In this document: piece after piece, positions 62,160-64,000 of the stretch | Layout of the letters: every line of letters begins with the position of its first letter | Numbering within the stretch: position 1 is the stretch's first letter | Assembly: GCA_965112155.1 (NCBI GenBank) | Contig: OZ218099.1 | DNA length: 64,000 nt | Origin: Podarcis liolepis | Taxonomy: Eukaryota | Direction: 5' to 3' (one strand) | Program-made: the position numbers and the translations under genes | The notes under the pieces: generated by a model | Seen by the model: only the letters and a program-made list of their open reading frames with translations | Databases searched by the model: none | Told to the model about the DNA's origin: nothing

Positions 62160-62499
62160 GTATGTTCTCTGCCATTGGGCCACAGTCCCTCTCGTAGTTA
62201 AGTTCCACTAAAGTTGCAATACCACTGATGGTATGTTTGAAGCTTTCCCAAAGGCTGTTCCAAAAGTATACTGAAGCGATGCTAGAAGCTTGAGGGAAAC
62301 CCTCTATTTCTAGCTTCAAGAAGGAGTACTTGCTAAGAAACAACTGAGTTCATGAGCCTGATCTAATTTCTCAACTGCTGAAAACAACTTGGTGCTGCCT
62401 CCAAAATCCATTAAATCCACAGTTTTAAGACATTGTCTGAAGACAAAGAAGCACCATTAAAAGGGAGTTTGCGGCTGTATCAAACAATTGTTTCCATAC

Positions 62500-62645
62500 C
62501 TGCTACATCAAATTCAATCTCCAGCACAACCTTGTTAGTAAGTGCTGCATCCCGCAAGAGCTGGTTGGCTTCTTCCATTGTCCCATCTTCTGTTGCAATG
62601 CTGTTGATGGAAAGCACCCTATCTCCAACTTGCAGGAGGCCACAC
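62500..62645 (-). CDS. GRIP2: GRIP2 exon (PDZ4 second half): (R)[48 protein letters not shown](E); gene continues beyond the window
   Basis: CAG/GTATGG, 146 nt; translated by hand; GRIP2-type residues ([22 protein letters not shown]). Confidence 0.95.
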
Positions 62646-63285
62646 CTGCAGTCCAGAGTGGAGGAAAAACATGGGAGAGATCAGGAAAGGCGAGAGACTC
62701 ACAGAGACTCTCAGGCTCCTATGTCAAAGAAGCCAGTCAGAGCAGCAATAAAGATGGGCAACCAGAGTATGAGTGTGAGGCCTGGCCTCCCCAGGCCTCT
62801 CTATGTTTGGTCACTGGGACTCTCCCCAAGCCACACCTCTTCTCTTAGGCCATGCTACTCACAAGCTGGCTCCACACCTTGAAGTACTTTTGCCTGGCTG
62901 GAAAGTGATAATGATGTCTCTTGCTCGCCTGGAGGGAGGGACATGTCTGTGTGTATGCAAAACCTCTGACTTCTGTGTGGCTTGAATGCAGCTTCTTGTA
63001 CAAAGCTATGAATCACATTCATCACTCCACCCACTGTTGCTTCTGGCCACACCCACTACTAGCAGGTGCCCCACCCCCAAAGGATGTCGATAAGGGGATG
63101 TGCCCCACACCAGGTCCTCCACTCCTGGTGTGAAGTTCTGAGATGCCCCAACAGAACACAGAATCACCTTTGCACATGGATGCTGGAGCCTGACATGTTT
63201 TGGAGAATTTTAAGATGTGTTCTGCAAATTAATGCCAGCTCCTGCTGAAATTGTTTCTATTCTTAGATTAAACATCTTCCTGACA

Positions 63286-63288
<3 letters not shown>

Positions 63289-63335
<47 letters not shown>

Positions 63336-63348
63336 TGTGTGTGTGTGT
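63289..63348. repeat. Compound (AT)n-(GT)n microsatellite
   Basis: Seen directly. Confidence 0.95.
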
Positions 63349-64000
63349 ACATATTATGTATCTCACTACAACTAAGATCAAAGCTGTATTGAAGACAGAA
63401 AAACCGAGAGGTGCCCTTGCTCTGAAACCATGTCTAATGCTACAAAAGTCACATTAAGCATGCTGGAGCCCACTGGCGCCCAGACTAATGGCACTGAACA
63501 TTACACACTGCTCTGATTAATATGTGGGTAATAGCACAAGCTACAAGTCTGTGGGTTCACCTCAATGTCTCAACAAATTGGGTAATCATTTATCCCTTGT
63601 AATTTCCTCTCTTGAAGCCAAATACACATGGGTGCTGCTTAACAGTGCTGAAAAGCCAATATTATTATAAGACACAATTCCAGGATTGCCTTGGCATGCA
63701 CTTGGCATAAGGCAACTGCTGCCTGGTGTTTTGCAACAACTAACTCCGATGTTATAGGAGAGCAAGGAGGAGTCAAGCAACAGGCAGAGCACAGCAAGAA
63801 ATGAAGAGAAATAAAAACTGTTGAGCAAAAAGGATCTGGGTATGAAACAAGACATCAATCTGTTAATTGTCATTTATGTACTGACACCATGGTGGCATAC
63901 AACAAATTTAATGAATGAGCTCTGAGGCTTTTTCCAATCCTCTGAAGCAGATTTGTAGATGGTGTGGGTGCAGATGAGGGAAAGGAAGTTCAGTTGTGTG

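Overview
Eukaryotic (vertebrate) genomic DNA, almost certainly a squamate and probably a lacertid lizard (inferred from its Sauria-SINE, BovB, CR1-SINE and hAT repeat content). The window holds the 3' halves of two convergent (tail-to-tail) genes. On the + strand is SLC6A6 (taurine transporter TauT): 9 visible coding exons from 1035 to the stop at 20339, plus a probable ~6.7 kb 3'UTR ending near 27055. On the - strand is GRIP2 (glutamate receptor-interacting protein 2/ABP): 12 coding exons from 62645 down to the stop at 33542, covering the end of PDZ4 through PDZ7, with a 3'UTR to about 31235. I traced all exon boundaries by hand and checked their phases. One SLC6A6 exon (125 nt, needed to keep the frame) is absent and coincides with a 132-N assembly gap just after a GC-AG splice donor. 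Introns contain many repeats: Sauria SINEs, tRNA-derived CR1-tailed SINEs, BovB, CR1, L2 and RTE-X-like LINE fragments, hAT MITEs with 8-bp TSDs, a palindromic Harbinger-like MITE and microsatellites. I found no prokaryote-type system. The best novelty candidates are a strong unused splice acceptor in GRIP2 that would give a PDZ7-less isoform ending in a class I PDZ ligand (-VSQI), a 72-bp mini Sauria SINE with TSDs, GRIP1-like features in this GRIP2, and regulatory motifs in both 3'UTRs. Comparisons with human proteins and repeat family names are from memory, not database searches.
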